A DNA stretch of 64,000 bases from Owenia fusiformis (lineage: Eukaryota), in NCBI GenBank assembly GCA_903813345.2, contig CAIIXF020000001.1:38626001-38690000 (forward strand), written 5' to 3'. The notes under the pieces were generated by a model, which ran no database searches, was not told the DNA's origin, and saw only the letters and a program-made list of their open reading frames with translations. How positions within the stretch are numbered: position 1 is the first letter of the stretch; the number at the start of each line of letters is the position of its first letter. Positions 1 through 12,751 of the stretch are shown here, piece by piece. Made by a program: the position numbers and the translations under genes.

Positions 1-809
1 TTATTTGAACCTTAAATTTCACTGTCAATTTACTTTGTTTGAAAAAACATAAGCCAATTGCAAGAATCTGTTCCACTGGGGATCAACTGGAAATGAAGAC
101 ATGATGTCTTCATTTTAGCATGGCCAGACTTCCAATTGATAATAATATTTCTTTTCTTGATTTTATTATCTTCACACTTCAAATTTCAACTATATATTTG
201 GCCTGTATGGTGTGTAGGTTCTGGTTTCAAAAGATGGTTATACCTAAGAAATTCATAAGTAATTGTTTGGATAATTACAGAACAATCCCTCGCTTAGGAA
301 ACCAAGATAGTTTCACAGAGAAACTAAGACAGTGCACAGGTTTCTGAAGCATGAAATGAAGACAGCACATTTTAATAATATCTGAATGTACTAAGTAAAG
401 GGTTAGAATGCAGAGCCACAAAAAGAGTGTAGACTTCTCTAGTCTGAAAATCTTTTGAAATTTGTAAGGAATTATTCAGACTCACTGTTTAAATTTAGGA
501 TTGAAAAATATTTGTTTACACAAGGAGTGCGATTCCAAATAGCCGATGGAGTAAATTAATTTGCATATTTGTTACTTCTCCTAGCTTTATTTCCATTTGA
601 CAACATGTTATATTACTTTTATAGCATTCAATTGTACCTCACTAAATTGAATTGTTGTAATGTTTATTTCTGGGAGGCAAAGCTTCCTAAAATTGATAGC
701 TTTGTGCACAAGGTTTTTTCAAAGGAGGGACATGATGATCAATAGACCGAATTCTCAAGATATTCGGTCTATTGGAAGTAAGCCTGAGTGAAACAATATG
801 CTTTTTTAC

Positions 810-1195
810 CTGATGTCAAACAGTCCAGGTTTATCTAGATTCATCTGGGGATTCAGATTAAATACAGCATTACTGATGTCAATGTCGCCAATAGGAACGA
901 GATCATTTGGAGAATTGTAACATACCAGCTTACAAGAGTTATAGGAAAAAGCAAACCATCTTGTTTTGAAACTTTTGTTGACAAGTCCTTTTTCAAATTT
1001 ATTCAAAAATCCACATAATTTTTGTGTTTGTAGTCGTATATTCCGTTCCGCCTCTAAAATATCTGCAGCGTTGATAAATTCATAATCTAATGATCCCAAA
1101 GAAACATTGGTTTGTGTTTTTGTGCTGTCATTGAGCTGTATGAGCGGTTGATCAGAATAAAATGTTGACGATTTTCCAATTCCTACTTCCGCCAT
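810..1195 (-). CDS. TBC1D2: First coding exon of a TBC1 domain family member 2/2B-like Rab GTPase-activating protein (N-terminal PH domain); gene continues left of the window
   Basis: Translation MAEVG...KLCGFLNKFEKGLVNKSFKTRWFAFSYNSCKLVCYNSPNDLVPIGDIDISNAVF...PGLFDIR matches the PH domain pattern of TBC1D2/TBC1D2B (KLCGYLNK..WK.RWF). ATG at 1195 in context AACATGG; exon ends at AG|GTAAAA donor (phase 2) at 810/809. Family assignment is from recall, not a search. Confidence 0.75.
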
Positions 1196-1227
1196 GTTGT
1201 CTGCAAGCTTGTAGATCACATGGGGGA

Positions 1228-1273
1228 TCACGTGACCAACACTTTCAAATCTTCGAGGAGGGGGAATACCCCA
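1228..1273. promoter_or_regulatory. Proximal promoter motifs of the TBC1D2-like gene: CLEAR/E-box TCACGTGAC (1228-1236) and kappaB-like GGGGAATACCCC (1262-1273)
   Basis: Motifs read directly, about 35-80 bp upstream of the ATG; function inferred from consensus match only. Confidence 0.4.
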
Positions 1274-1438
1274 GAATTCAAACGAACCAATTTTGTATCC
1301 TCTAAGGTTCCTCTTTACATGGAGAGGTTCATCTCATTCTCATCAATAAAAAAATGTCTCAATGGATAGCAAAGTATGTTTTAACAGGATAACGACACAT
1401 GGTCCAAGATGTGACAAATTAAAACTGACTAGGCCTAT

Positions 1439-2037
1439 CTTACTTCCTGCGAAAGCTATTTGGATTTTGATATAATAGCTTTCCCACGGAGCATTTGGAC
1501 AGCTCAATTATCGTGACCTTTGAAATCGAATTAAGTCGATCCGCGGCTTACTTTTGGTCTCTAACTGTGTCTTACATCAGTATCATCAATCTGTGTAAGT
1601 ATTGGAGCGCTGGAGTACTTCTTTTTCGATCAAGACTTGTAATTGTTAGTCGAGGGAATCGTTTTACTGCCAAATTCCAATATGGCGGTTTCTGCTCGGA
1701 CATTTTCGTAAATCTCCGGAGGTTGTCCGAACCTAACTAATTCTCAAAATTCATTTCGTTCGTTGCGTATCTCGCACCTAGCAAACCGCCATATTGGAAA
1801 TAGGTCTGTAAAACTTTAACTCGATGAACAATTTACAAGTCTTGATCGAAAAAGAAGTACTCCAGCGCTCCAATACTTACACGGATTGATGATACTGATG
1901 TAAGACACAGTTAGAGACCAAAAGTAAGCCGCGGATCGACTTAATTCAATTTCAAAGGTCACTATTGATCAGCTGTTCACTTCTCCGTTTGAGAGCCATA
2001 AGTTTCAAAATCTAACATGGCTCTCGAAGTGAGTAAG
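1439..2037. mobile_element. Palindromic MITE with 6-bp TSD GCCTAT
   Basis: Long inverted arms (about 1510-1650 vs 1820-1960 near-identical); termini CTTAC...GTAAG; GCCTAT at 1433-1438 and 2038-2043. Boundary confirmed by the second copy at 63905. Confidence 0.85.
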
Positions 2038-2057
2038 GCCTATCTAGTTAACCCTAT

Positions 2058-2138
2058 CATCCTGCGTGCGGAGGCTAGTTAAACTACAGAAGACGAAGTT
2101 CTCTTTTAAGAAGTGAAGTCAAACGAATGCAAAGGGTA
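2058..2138 (+). mobile_element. Micro-MITE family copy (TACCCT...AGGGTA), left end degenerate
   Basis: Same sequence as the copies at 2456, 54718, 59796 and 61195; TAACCCTAT near both flanks (right copy offset by 3 bp). Confidence 0.75.
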
Positions 2139-2455
2139 CTCTAACCCTATCTAAGCTTCTACAGTGCTGATATGATAATAATAAAGGGTACGTTTTCAAA
2201 CTAAACAGAGTGTTCCTACCCAAAATGAATTTGCTCGTAGTACATACGCCCGACTCTTATCTGATAGATAGAATGCACAAATAAAAAAAAAGTTTTGCTA
2301 TTATAGGTAAAAAGCAGTTCTCTTGAAATTTCGAAGTGGTTTTACCTATTAATTCAAAAGATCTCACCTCAGAGGGGGAATAACACAAAGATGACATAGG
2401 CTTACGCTTCTAATGTAAACCTGTATTGAATTTGAGATGCATGACATAGAAAAGT

Positions 2456-2522
2456 TACCCTTTGCATTCGTTTGACTTCACTTCTTAAAAGAGAGCTTCA
2501 ACTAGACTCTGCACGCAGGGTA
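2456..2522 (-). mobile_element. Micro-MITE family copy with 9-bp TSD TAGAAAAGT
   Basis: TACCCTTTGCATTCG...GCACGCAGGGTA flanked by TAGAAAAGT at 2447-2455 and 2523-2531. Confidence 0.9.
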
Positions 2523-2849
2523 TAGAAAAGTCAACAAACAAATGACGAATTTTCGAAGTACGCTTCGAATTGATAGTATGTTAATTTCTGGTGTGTTAAC
2601 CAATATCATAGCTTGTTATGCACATCAAGCTAGATGAAGACAGATGTACGCCTATGGAATATGCCCTTATCAATTAAACATCACATCGAAGCATGGTGTA
2701 GTATTTCCCTCCTCTTATCTCACCTGTTGAATCCCATTGTTGAATACGCCATCTATAGAAAATGTCAAAAATTGTCACTCTGATTTTGAGAGATGGAGGC
2801 AGGTCAAAAAGGTCAAAAATGCACCTCTATCTCATCAAATCATGTGTTA

Positions 2850-5327
2850 CATAGCCGTAGCCAGCGGGGGTTCGGTGGGTTCGAACGAACCCCCGGTCAG
2901 GATTTCCCAAAATATCATTTTTTCGGAAAAATGCATATAACCAGAATCATTAAATTACTGTGCTATTTGAAAACTACATATATGAGCAGTAAATGAATTG
3001 ATATTTGTGATGGTGAACACGAGAGCATTATTTTCTTAAAAACATGTCATAGTGAAGTTACACTTCCCTCAAAACGTTTGGCATGCTTCATCTCGGACAA
3101 AATAACCCATCTTGGCAATGGCTAAATCAGTCCTTTGTAGGAATTTTGTTTTAACCCTACTATCACACCAAACTAGTTCTCACTGCGTTCTCGAAAACGG
3201 GCTTCAACTGTATACGAACGGACTGGACCTACTAAGAACCGTTTGGGATCTATTTACAAACTTCATCGAACGTACTCGGACGGGTAGGTCCTCTAGAACT
3301 TAGACAATGCTCAAAATGTTCTAGTGGTAGTCACGTTCTACAATTAGAACGAGTGACAACGTACAAACGACGAGCTGGACGTACTACGAACGGAACCGTC
3401 GTACTTCAATCCTACTTGGGACGTTTTAACAACGAGTTGAACTGTCTGCGGACATGTTGACCTTCTAGACTAAGGGACGCGTTCTACGACGTTGCACTCC
3501 GACGTGGTGCGACCTGAACGAACTGCAAACGAGATGGAAGTATTGACGACTGTTTAAGAACGAAGAAGCTAATTATTTCAGACATATTCCCCGACCAAAG
3601 CCAGATTGAGCCCGTTTTACGACGTTTTCGTAGGACTGGCAAGAACGGGTAAGAACTAGTTTGGTGTGATAGGGGGGTAAGCCAGTTCTGGTCCAATACG
3701 AAGTTATTGAAAGTTATTGAAAACAATGCAGACGTCCCATACTCCGAATGATTTTTACAACATTGGCGAATAAATATCTGGAATAGTCGTAATAGTATTG
3801 ATGAAACACATGTTCTTTCAAATGTGTACATCTCTGTTTTGTTTTATTTCGATTAAAATTTAAAATATTTCTTGGGGCGTCCCTGGGGCTGGCAAGCCCC
3901 CGAAACCAATTAATAATTAAAAACGTTGTGAAATGAATTATTTAGAAGCGTATATCATTTTTAAAAACAAGGATTTGTTCAAATTCATTCATTCTTTCAT
4001 TTGTTCAGTATTTATTTACCCATCACTTTCCAAAGAAAAATCAATCATTGCAAAAAATGATTTTGTATTTTCAGATACACTCCACTCATCTAAGAGATTG
4101 TATAGAATTCAAATTGTTATCGTTCCAGTTTACTTGCTCTCCATTTTCATGTTAATGTCATGATATGTTTAGCGAATAAATAATATAATAAAAAAATTGA
4201 AAAATTATATGTAATCTTCAAATAATGAAGGCCTAATTTGTTATCAAGCCGTCTGAACTTAACAAAATAACAGTCGCTTGTATTTATATATAATTTTATC
4301 CACTAAAACGTTTTTATTATCAATTGCGGTTGATCTGCTCTGGGGGACTTACCACTGAGCTCCGATGACGTCCAAAGAAATATTTTTAACTTTTTAAAAC
4401 AAAGCATAACGAGACCCACTTATTTGAATAATAGATATTTTCATCAGTAATACGACTATCCCGGATAGTTTATAAAGCCTTCGTGTAAACGTTGTGAAAA
4501 GTTATCATAGAAGAACGATCTTTCGGAGTATAGGGTGTTTGCGTCAATTTCAATAACCTTGCATTTGATCCAAACTGGCTTCCAACAAATTTCCTGAAAA
4601 TAATGATAAGCCATTGCATGTGAGGTGATTTATTTTGTCCTAGATGAAGTAGCTTAAGTTAAAGAAAAAATTGTGCGAAATAGTTGATATTCCTTGGAAA
4701 CAAATCATGCTCCAGGGTCTTCGAGAAATCAGTCGAAATAATGGTGGATTCGGGGCAAATCAGATTTCAGGATGTGTATTCAGTAAGAGATTCCCCGAAG
4801 TATATTTTGATGCAGAAAATTAATTATAAGTTGTCTGACTTTTTTGCACGTTGCCTGTTTATTTTACTTTGTGAACATTAAAGTTGCAAAGCTACGAGGT
4901 CATTTTTGAAAATCATTTTTACGTCCAGACTTTTTTCATTAAGAATGGTTACCTTCTTATTATTTGGGAGAATTTAAACATTTTCACTCATTTTTGCACT
5001 TTGGATCATTCATAACTTCACCAATTTATAACATGTTGTGAATCTTTTGGGAGATATTGTATTTGATATTGTAAGGAATAGATTGGTAGGTCAATTATAC
5101 ATGTTGCTTGTAATTTTATCACCCCCTATAGATCAGATTTTGCCTTTAATGTAGGTATTGAAATGATTTATATTTCCCCTCCCACAATAGTTTTTTCTTT
5201 ACAAATTATGCAAATAAGAATTCAAACTTAAAGATGCTTTAATACATAATCCAATGGGGTAGTTAGGGGGATTTATGAATAACATAAAAATAGAACCCCC
5301 GGTCACCAAATCCTGGCTACGCCACTG
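2850..5327. mobile_element. Non-autonomous TIR element (hAT-like termini) with 5-bp TSD TGTTA, carrying nested insertions
   Basis: Left end CATAGCCGTAGCCAG, right end CTGGCTACGCCACTG; subterminal GAACCCCCGGTC at both ends; TGTTA at 2845-2849 and 5328-5332. Confidence 0.65.
3155..3677 (+). mobile_element. MITE with 3-bp TAA TSD (PIF/Harbinger-like); internally deleted relative of 49683-50490
   Basis: TIRs CCCTACTATCACACCAAACTAGTTCT / AGAACTAGTTTGGTGTGATAGGGGGG; TAA on both sides; highly similar to the copy at 49.7 kb. Confidence 0.85.
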
Positions 5328-6744
5328 TGTTAGAGTTGGTCCATATACACTTTTTCATTCATGTACGTACCGAAATCCAACCACTGGTGATGCTATTCAA
5401 ATGGCGAACATAACCGTCGCTTTAATTCTTCAATCACTTGGTCCTCGTTTCATGGGACTTTAAAATCGTCGCTAATTTTGTGCATGTATTGATAAGCTCA
5501 GCAAATGAAATCCCAACTTCGATCAAATTGGGTCGTGAATCCCCACAATATAGCGTCTTCGATATCGTCTATGGCAAGGGAATCTGAATTTTAAATAATT
5601 TACCATATGCGGCCGTTGTCTGTAAATTATCCATTTTTTCAAAAAAATTCAAATAAAAAGTCGTCCTACAAAAACAATTTTTTGAAATAAAAAAAAGATA
5701 TCGGGACGGACATCACATTTTGATAAAGGGTAAGACTACAACATAAGCCAAAGTGGTTTAAACTTTATTATGGGGCTTAACTACATGTAAAGGATTACCT
5801 CTAATTCAAATACTTCAGATGCCATGCATGTTTAGTCTGCAGCAGCAACTCAATTAAATGTGAAAAGTAACTAGCTGCCACTATTGCATTTATATGTAAA
5901 TGAGTATAAAATAGTAGGCTAATCCGGTAGCCGACAGCCGAAAGAGAGCTTCGTCTAGTTTATAACTAGACTCTGCGCGCAGGGTACACTTTGGGCTACC
6001 CAACATTCTGATTTAGCAGATCCCCTCTGTTTTACCCGGGCTCTTACCTAAAATTATGCCTAATGCTGTGTATTCCAAGGGTAGTAGCTATAGATAGTTG
6101 TGGATCCCACAGTGGTTACCCGATGTTTTTACCGAAATTACTGAACTGCGTTACTTAACCATGTCTAATAAATATTAGCGCTTCAATGACAAGATATACT
6201 CTGTACATGTGCAGTATGTATTTGAATTTACGAGTAAGTGAACTATGACTTTTTATGATTATTTTAAAATATATAAGCTGGCAAATAGATTTATGAGAAT
6301 TTGTTTGAACGATTTTGTAATTTGAAAGGACATTCGAGATATCCATCGGATACGTAACAAGGGGAATTATTTAATTATTTATTTTATTAGCCAACACAAT
6401 TAAGCTATCAAAGATATACAAATCATGGCATTCGTGTACAATATGACATGCCCGTAGCCAGGTTTTGGTTAGGGCGGACCCCGCCCCCATCAACAAACAA
6501 AACTGTTTTCATGCTTAACCAACTTCGCATTGTGATCACATGGGTGTCACAAAACACCAGGTGTGGCCACGAAAACAAGAGAGGGGACCCAATAATTTCC
6601 GCGCTTGCGCAAAGAAAATTAGGGCCCATTTTGAAAACTGCCCTAGATGCCCTAGATGCCCTTAAAATGACTAGTTAATCTAGACGGAACAAAATTAATA
6701 GCTTGTGAGGGACCGTAGCTAGCATGCTCCCCCGGAAAATTTAG

Positions 6745-7105
6745 GAGTTTGGGCTGATTTAACTGTGTTCTGAGCGATTCTGGGATCAAAATATATGACT
6801 TACATATTTCGAAAAAGTTGAATTTTTAGGCTTATTTGACACGTTCTGAGCGATTCTAGGATCAAAATATATGATTAGATAAAAGAAATCAGGGGCATGT
6901 TCCCCTGAAAAATTTAAGATTTTTGGCCTGATTTAGTGCGTTCTGAGCAATTCGAGGATCAAAATATATGATTTACGTATTTAAAGAAAAATTTAGGCTT
7001 ATTTGGCGTGTTCTGGGCGATTCTAGGATCAAAATATATGATTTATAACATTTAATTTTTAGGCTTATTTAACGCGTTCTGAGCAATTAAAGGATCAAAA
7101 TATAG
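6745..7105. repeat. Degenerate tandem repeat (about 5 units, core GTTCTGAGCGATTCTAGGATCAAAATATATGA), probably inside a decayed TIR element starting near 6447
   Basis: Core motif recurs near 6767, 6843, 6940, 7010 and 7076; CATGCCCGTAGCCAGG terminus at 6447. Confidence 0.7.
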
Positions 7106-7213
7106 CCCCAATTTTTAGGAGATATCTGAGGGGGGCTTATATTAGTCCCCTCATGTCCGCAAGCTTGAATCTCAATACCAATATGTAAGCTTACTGAGTG
7201 TATTTTTTTAAAT

Positions 7214-7806
7214 AAAGGTCCATGTGCAATATGGCAAATGGTTTTAGACGGTCATATCTTTCACCATGAGTACTTTCTGGCCGTACAGTGTGTTTTCTTT
7301 CAAGTGAAGTCCCCATGATACTAAAAAATCAATCCAATTCTCTGAAAAATTATGGATTAGGACCCCATCTTAGCACTTTTTAAAAAATGTTAGGCTTATT
7401 TTCTCAAAAGAGGATCTTGTTTTTCTCAGTTTAAACATATTGAAAGTTTCTTCTACAATATATTAACAATTTCTTAAAAGGGGATGGGTATTGAAATGCG
7501 TTAAAGTTACTTTTGAAGAAGCTTTATACCCTTTGTTAAATAATCTTTTCATGCAATAAAAATCAGAAAAAGAAGATCCTCTTTTGAGTAAATAGATTCA
7601 ACATTTTGAAAAAAATGTTGACATGGGGCTCCTATTCATAATTTTTCTAATCGTTTGATTGATATTTTCATCATTATGGGTACTTCACTTGAAAGGAAAA
7701 AGATCGTTTTAATTAAAACCACGCCTTATGCCCAGAAAGTACTCATGGTGAAAGATATGACTGACCGTCTGTCTAAAATCACTTGCCATATTGCACATGA
7801 ACCTTT
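7214..7806. mobile_element. Palindromic MITE
   Basis: AAAGGTCCATGTGCAATATGGCAA... / ...TTGCCATATTGCACATGAACCTTT, with inverted similarity continuing for more than 200 bp; TSD not clean. Confidence 0.8.
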
Positions 7807-8099
7807 GTACCATATACTCAAAACACAACTTAGGACAACTCAGTGCACTCACTTGCTGGAACGAAAGTCTAAACTCAGGATATTGATCACCCGGGGTGAT
7901 ACTGAGAGTTATTCATGTCTGGACTAACAATGCAGCCTATAGCTTACAATGGCATGAATAACTTGGGATGAAAAGATAGACGGATGAATGACAAAACAAA
8001 ATAGGAAAATCAAAAGGACTCCACTTTTTGATCCATATTCAATAGTTTGAATAACCTGACTTTTTTATTTTGATAGACCGTGGATAGGACGGGGGATAG

Positions 8100-8430
8100 C
8101 AGGGGCGGATCCAGGAACCAACAAGGGGGGGGGCCCAAATTTCAGGTCAGAGAAAAAAAGGTCCGCGCTTGCGCGGAAAAAAATTTTGGGCCCCTAAAAT
8201 CCTAAAGTGGGCCCAGATTTTGAAATTTTGATGCCCATTTTCTTCAAAATTTGGCCTGAAATTAAAAAATAAGGCCTTAAAAGGCCCAGTAATGACCAAA
8301 AAGGCCCACTTTTTGGGGCCTGAAGGCCTTGTTTGGCCCAAAAAAATTTTTGGGCCCAATTTTTTTTTTCTGGGCCCACCCAAGGGGGGGGGGCCCGGGC
8401 CCCCAGGCCCCCCCCCCTAATCCGCCAGTG
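8100..8430 (+). mobile_element. GC-rich MITE (CAGGGGCGGATCC...ATCCGCCAGTG), 5-bp flank duplication GATAG
   Basis: Short TIRs; multiple GGGCCC motifs; close inverted copy at 61328-61655. Confidence 0.85.
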
Positions 8431-11223
8431 GATAGGCATAGGATACCCATAGAGCCTCATCTGGCGGAGGAAATACATGAACGCGTCTACGTTCGCTATT
8501 GCACTGTATTAAACGTTCGTGATATTAGCGCATCATCATGAGCGTGCCAAAATACATGTGTACTATAGTAGCAGTTTTATCTATCTCTACACTTACAGAG
8601 AGGACCGGAATCAAGGACCCATGGTAGGTGTCGGTAGTATCTTCTTGTAAGGGTAAATTTCTATTTCATTGAAACACGCCAATCACGTTGTATAATCGCT
8701 GATTTGTTGAAGGACACCAGGTCAGTAAACGCTATTTTAGTTTGTGGCTAAGTTACAGGCTAAGCCCATTTAGCCTTATATAGCAAAATTAGATCAAGAT
8801 CTATGCAAGATTGAGATTTACATCAAAGGCTTCCTAACAAAGTTAAACAAACCGTATCTTTTATTTCAAAGGTATATATTATCAGTAATTTAAATGCTGT
8901 AATAGTAAACTAATTCTCAAACTTGTCACATATTTTTCGAGCAATAGAACTTCTATAATATAAGGCCTAGAAGTCTTCGCCATGTAAGCTTAGGAGGCCT
9001 AACACAAAATGACGTCCAAAAGAAGAAAAGTCGTGGGACTCAGTCTCCAGAGTCCAATCGGAAACATTTTTTCTATTTTTTATAGGTTTTAAGAAAGCCC
9101 ATGATTGTACTAACCTCATAGAAGTAAGCTATAAATAAACCCTAAGTTCTTTATTTGAAGATTATTTCTCTCACCCTCTCACCTCGGGAAGCATTTTAGA
9201 ATTCTTAAACTCCTTTGTTTGGGGGGGGGGGTTAAGTGATGTTTCTAACATGTCTAAGAAATTAAAAAGTATCAATCGGACTTTTCCCACGGTATTCTAT
9301 TTTTCCTGTCCATTCCAGTTCAATGGGCTAGACTCTTTCAATCAGTTTCATACTTTAGGGTGACTGAAAGCAAAATACTAACTACTAGCTATATCAAATG
9401 ACTATGACTATGACATGTTAAACGGATCAACTTTGGAAACCTTAAAAACAAATTCCTATCTAGTGTGCTTCACTCATGCGCTATATGGTCTTCGGACAAT
9501 CAATCATATGAGCCCGAGTTTAGTGTCTTAAGTCATTGAAATACTACGATACAGATCGCGCTATTTTTGCCATAAAAGGCACACCAACATTATAAGCTAT
9601 TGTGTCTGATTTGAATACTACCTTTATATTAAGTTTAAGAATCGGCTAACTGTGTTAAGCATATTGATATTGCTCTTAAACTTATGCAATATTACTGGTA
9701 CTGCACTCTATAAACTAGTTACCGAAACAGATCCGTTTCTGTGACAAAATGTCGGAACCTCGAAGGTACATTTTTTCTTTTTTCCTTATTTCACGAGTTG
9801 GTAGAATTCCCACAACAATTTTTATCACAAACGTGTGTCACGATATCATATATTTTAACAAACAATCAAACTCTTTCTGATTTTTGATATGCACAATTAC
9901 CTTTATACCATAAAAAACATGGGAATCCATCATGGACTGTCATCCTTGATGCAAGGAATGGTATTTTTGAAAAAATGCAGTCAATCATGAACTACCTATA
10001 GAGACTAGTATGGCTCCCTCTTTCTCTAAACATTTCAAATCTCGTATTATGACTAGACTAGCCTACAAGTACAGCCAAAATATAGTGTTACTGTAGTTTA
10101 TATACAAATTGTTTAATTATTGAAAAAAAATCGGATATATTATTTTATAGACCTTTCCACTATAGCCATCTAAGATAGGGAGGCATATTGCACAATGAGT
10201 GATTTATGTGTAAGGTGCTAAACCATTATACCTTGCATTTGGTGTTCATGAGCAACCCATTTGGCTGCAGTAATGATTATGTCATTTGTTTTTATGTGTC
10301 TGCTGCTTATGAATGGTTTATAGGATGACTGTTAGATGTTAACAAGGTCCATTCAAAAATATACTAAACAATACAATTAGACAAACAGAATCTTATGCAT
10401 TTCTAGGGACGAGGTATAGTAGACTGGTAAACATATGTATGTATTTTCTCCTTGCAAATGATATATGTCAGTGTGTGTAAGTTCTGTAAACATCCCCTAT
10501 ATCTGTACACATGATGTACATAAATTGTTTTGCAATGTGCAATATAGCCATATCATTGCCTTATCTACCCGATTCACTCTGGTCACGCTTACTCTATTCA
10601 AACCAAACACAATACCAAACACAACTTAAATAGATCAGCGAGACACCGTCTTGCTCAAAATTGAGCAAGTTTTATATCTTGTGGGATACAGTGTATAAGC
10701 TGATAAACTGAGCTAGAGCAATAAATTAGGCTATACTCATGACAAATAGTCCGTGTGCCATATTCCGATCAAGAAATGTTTAATCTCACAATCATCATTC
10801 AGAGCATTTGGCCTCCGCCATTCTCCATAGAATCCGAAGTGGCAAATATGTTATTTGAAAAAAAATGTTCATCTTTTAAAATGAAACTGAGGGTCCAACA
10901 GTAAACTCGGAAATCGAATCTTCAGAAATGGAGGTGTGCTATGATCTTAAATTTATCAAGACGGCAGAAAAGTGATGACCGATTAAATACTATGAGCACC
11001 TTTAATGTTTCAATAAAATCGGCTTTGGGGTCTTTTAATAACAACACCCTGGCAGTTACAGTATTATTATAAATATGAGTAATGCATACTGTACATAAAG
11101 TTCTTTAATAAACTGATAACGTATAAATGAAGTATGGCTAAAAAATGTTAAAGGTACGAATTGTGACTTACGATGGTAATATGTGACAGATTAGTTTTAC
11201 GTCTGATAATAACTTTACAGTTA

Positions 11224-11837
11224 GGCCATTCCAACTAATTATGTGTTTAACGAAGGGCAAATTCTTTTGAGGATTGGAGTTGAAAAAACAAAACAAATCA
11301 AAACCTTTAGTTATCCATTGTATTTCTATCAGGATTTTATATTATTCAGTAGCAAACATATTTAAAAAAGCGATCGTTACGTGACACACCCATTGAGTTC
11401 ACGTAAATCTTTTGATGAAGACAATAGGGAGATTGAGCTACTTTTTAACTTTAAGAGGATGTGTGCCATGTGATGTTTGATATAATGAACCCGTGATTAC
11501 TGTCCCCCTCTTCCAGGAACCTAATAATAATTGTTATCCTTACTTTTATACTCAATCAGGAAAGTAACTACTATGAAGAGGAGAATTAATCCCGAAAGAC
11601 CATAATTGACTCACAAGCAATCTTTAAAACTAGTATCGAAGTTTGTAGTTTTCAGTGTGGAACTTTAACTATAATATGATATAAGGTTGATTTTAAATAT
11701 GATTTTAGGTTTCTGTTGTCATTTAAATTCATCACAAGTGCAGTCATTGTATTGGCACTTGGAATTTTGTTTTCTAAAAATTTTCCTAGATCATAGAAGG
11801 GAGGTGACGTTAAATATGTATTAAACTTTGAATGGCC
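11224..11837. mobile_element. PIF/Harbinger-like MITE with TTA TSD upstream of the TLR gene
   Basis: GGCCATTC...GAATGGCC termini flanked by TTA on both sides; degenerate subterminal inverted similarity. Confidence 0.55.
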
Positions 11838-11999
11838 TTAATAAAGAGACGCTTTCTGCGATGAACATCAGGACGTGTGATTTTGACAGGGGCGTGTCTT
11901 AATTATAGAATATATTTACAGTAACATATGGTTTGATTCATTAATAATGTTCGGCTATCGTTATTGGGTTCTACAAGTTATGTATCACGTGACTGTATC

Positions 12000-12751
12000 A
12001 TTTATTTGCCGATAGATATGTTTGGATAGTGATGACATATTGAAACTAAGAGTTTACCGACTTTTAATATTAAACTTGAAGAAAGGTAAGTTTAACACCG
12101 TGATCGATTGATGAAACATTTGAACCTGTTTATAAAACGTTCTGTATTTAATTAGGTGCAGGTGCACATTTTGTTTTTGTATTTCGTGTCATAACTGCTT
12201 ATATATCCACATGTATAGTTTATTTAAAGTTGCAGCAAAGAATTGAGAGTGTAAAAATATGAAAACGATCAAAAAGTTACTCTGGATTGTCTTTGATGTG
12301 CCTTTAATATAGACAAACTCGAATGAATTAATACATTTGGAATCCCTTGCAGGTCCAAAAGACGTACTGGTATAAAGTGTTCTAAGGTAAGTGCTTCATG
12401 AGACCACATGAGATTCTTTCCATTCCATCTTTTTAGCCATATACTATTCTTATACTGAGAAATGAAGAACTAATAGTACAAATAATTATCACCTAATCCA
12501 GGTGAGAATAAAAAATTAAATGCCATTAATCGATAGAGACACTTGTAGACAAAGTGATGCGATACTTATTATGTTGACCTGTCTGATTTATTTTCAACGT
12601 CTGTTCAAACAGAAGTTAGACATTAAAGTGATATTAAATTGTTTTTTTAGAACACCTTTGGTCGTCGAGGACACACGTACATCATTCATCTACACTAGCT
12701 ACTGACGAGACACAACAAAAATAAAACACCATATGGATTAGGATAATCACA
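12000..12751 (+). other. Putative spliced 5' UTR of the TLR (exon ending 12085, 34-bp exon 12353-12386, final exon from 12651)
   Basis: Two consensus AAG|GTAAGT donors (12086, 12387) and acceptors CCTTGCAG (12352) and TTTTTTTAG (12650). The start coordinate is approximate because the TSS is unknown. Confidence 0.55.

Noticed and set aside
1196..1231. N-terminal extension MIPHVIYKLADN of the PH-domain ORF
   Set aside because: Starts at a GTG inside the E-box; the ATG at 1195 is the plausible eukaryotic start.
8147..8541. Gly/Pro/Lys-rich ORFs (also 61217-61777)
   Set aside because: Arise from the GC-rich MITE present twice in opposite orientation.
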